From assembly GCA_002633005.1 (NCBI GenBank), contig NMRA01000039.1:241225-305224 (forward strand): DNA of 64,000 nt. The letters are read 5' to 3'. The stretch's first letter is position 1. Each line of letters starts with the position of its first letter. Positions 62,654-64,000 of this stretch are shown in pieces. The notes beneath the pieces are model-generated. The model was given only the letters and a program-made list of their open reading frames with translations, had not been told where the DNA came from and searched no databases. This stretch comes from Phoronis australis (Eukaryota; Animalia; Phoronida). The position numbers were made by a program, and so were the translations under genes.

Positions 62654-64000
62654 CTGAAACATAATGTTGATCGCTAAAAACATGGGTCGCATTCCGTAAT
62701 TGCAAGATAGTCGCGTGCAAACCTAGAGCGATCACGTGCTTCGCTTGTAATTTATGGCGATATCTTGCGAAGGCTTGTGTTATCTACCTTTTCTCTCAAG
62801 AAAACTTCTCTACGGAACGTTGCTCTGGTTCTTTAACTGATTGAAATTAGCAACTGTTGCAGAAAAAATTCAATAAGAGAAATGGATTCCATATTGATCG
62901 CCTTTAAAACCCTCTATATACGCCAGAAGGATGTCGGTTATCGTTACAGTCAATCGTGAAGTATAAACAATATTCACCTGTTTTGTTCCCAGTGCACATC
63001 TTAAACTTGAATCCCCTAATCCCTCCTTCCGTCACAAAAACGATTGCGACCTTTTACCTTTTTAAAATTGGCCTAACTTGTTTCCTTAGTCAAATTAGCG
63101 GCCATTTCTGGTTTGGAAAGAAGTAACAGTTCGTCTTTGCGAGGGAGGCCACTTATTATGTTCAGATTGCTTTGTCGTCACGGCGTGTCATCTTGTGCTC
63201 TGAGCAATGTTTCAGTAATAAGGAACTGCCATTTTTTTCGGCAAGCCTAGAAACCATTTCCCATTTGGACTAAAAACAAATTCAGATCATTTCATAGCGG
63301 TGATGTCTCAATGAAAGCTTCTTTGGGAAGGCAAGTTCAGTTTCGCATACGTTGCTGTAGCGTTTCCCAAACAGTACAGTGTAAACAATGCTTGATGATT
63401 CAACAAAGGTTGATATAAATCATTGGAGGAACAGCTAAAAATTGAACCGCAAAATGTGAAATTTGCAAATTAAGTACAGTACTCGAAATTATTATTATCT
63501 TACACCTAGGGGCGAATTAAAGGTAATGTGTTCGAAATTGATTTACGTGAATGGCTGTCTAATCGTATACTATGCACTCGATGGCGTCTTGAATATTAAC
63601 GTGCTTTTAAGCAAAGAAACCACCTTTTGACTTGTTTTAACAAGTGACTACAGGTGTACATTCCGTTATAGCACTGCATATCACAATCAAGAGTTCAAGA
63701 TCCCAAAAACGGGAAAATACAAGAAAAGCGACTTCAATTGAAAATTTCTTAGCTTCACGGACACCAGTATGACGTATAAACATACCCAACGCCAGTGTGT
63801 CAACACACTAGTTTTTTGTACAAACTTTTGCCACATCCGCACTTCTCAGATGTACCGAGAGAAAATGAAAAGAGTTGCAGCGTAGTCAAATACTAAGTTT
63901 TTCCAACCACTACAAACGCAACGCCTCGACATTCTTCATTATACTGTAAACCAAGGGAAAACGAGCAGCAACATCTGACGACGTTCCACATTAAAAACCA

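Noticed and set aside
62789-63210. Candidate first exons of the CNBD gene
   Set aside because: Donor-like sites exist, but candidate ATG frames hit stops, so no consistent model could be built by eye.

Overview
Intron-rich animal (invertebrate-like) genomic DNA from a draft assembly with three N-gaps and three single-N joins. Four host genes were reconstructed by hand from GT-AG exons. (1) The 3' part of an SLC16/monocarboxylate transporter (+, 248-7567), apparently nested antisense in intron 3 of (2) sorting nexin SNX4 (-, first three exons 13749-8120). (3) A complete 15-exon, 494-aa PLP-dependent acidic amino acid decarboxylase of the CSAD/GADL1/GAD family (+, 35350-52230) with a non-canonical active-site motif (WCLHK). 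(4) A cyclic-nucleotide-binding-domain protein (-, 62653-54231, 5' end unresolved). Between SNX4 and the decarboxylase lies a mobile-element nest. It holds a Ty3/Gypsy element with an intact gag and a G-GGA-AAC -1 frameshift signal into a decayed protease, a CR1/L2-group LINE with a virus-like 2A (StopGo) peptide before its endonuclease, two Penelope-type minimal hammerhead motifs, and 52-64 bp hairpin MITEs with 9-bp TSDs. Alleles that appear to be assembled in tandem expose two presence/absence variants (1.14 kb and 11.3 kb). I found no wholly new biological system that I can prove; the best leads are the recoding/ribozyme signals, the mini-MITE target rule and the variant decarboxylase. Family assignments rest on recalled motifs, not database searches.
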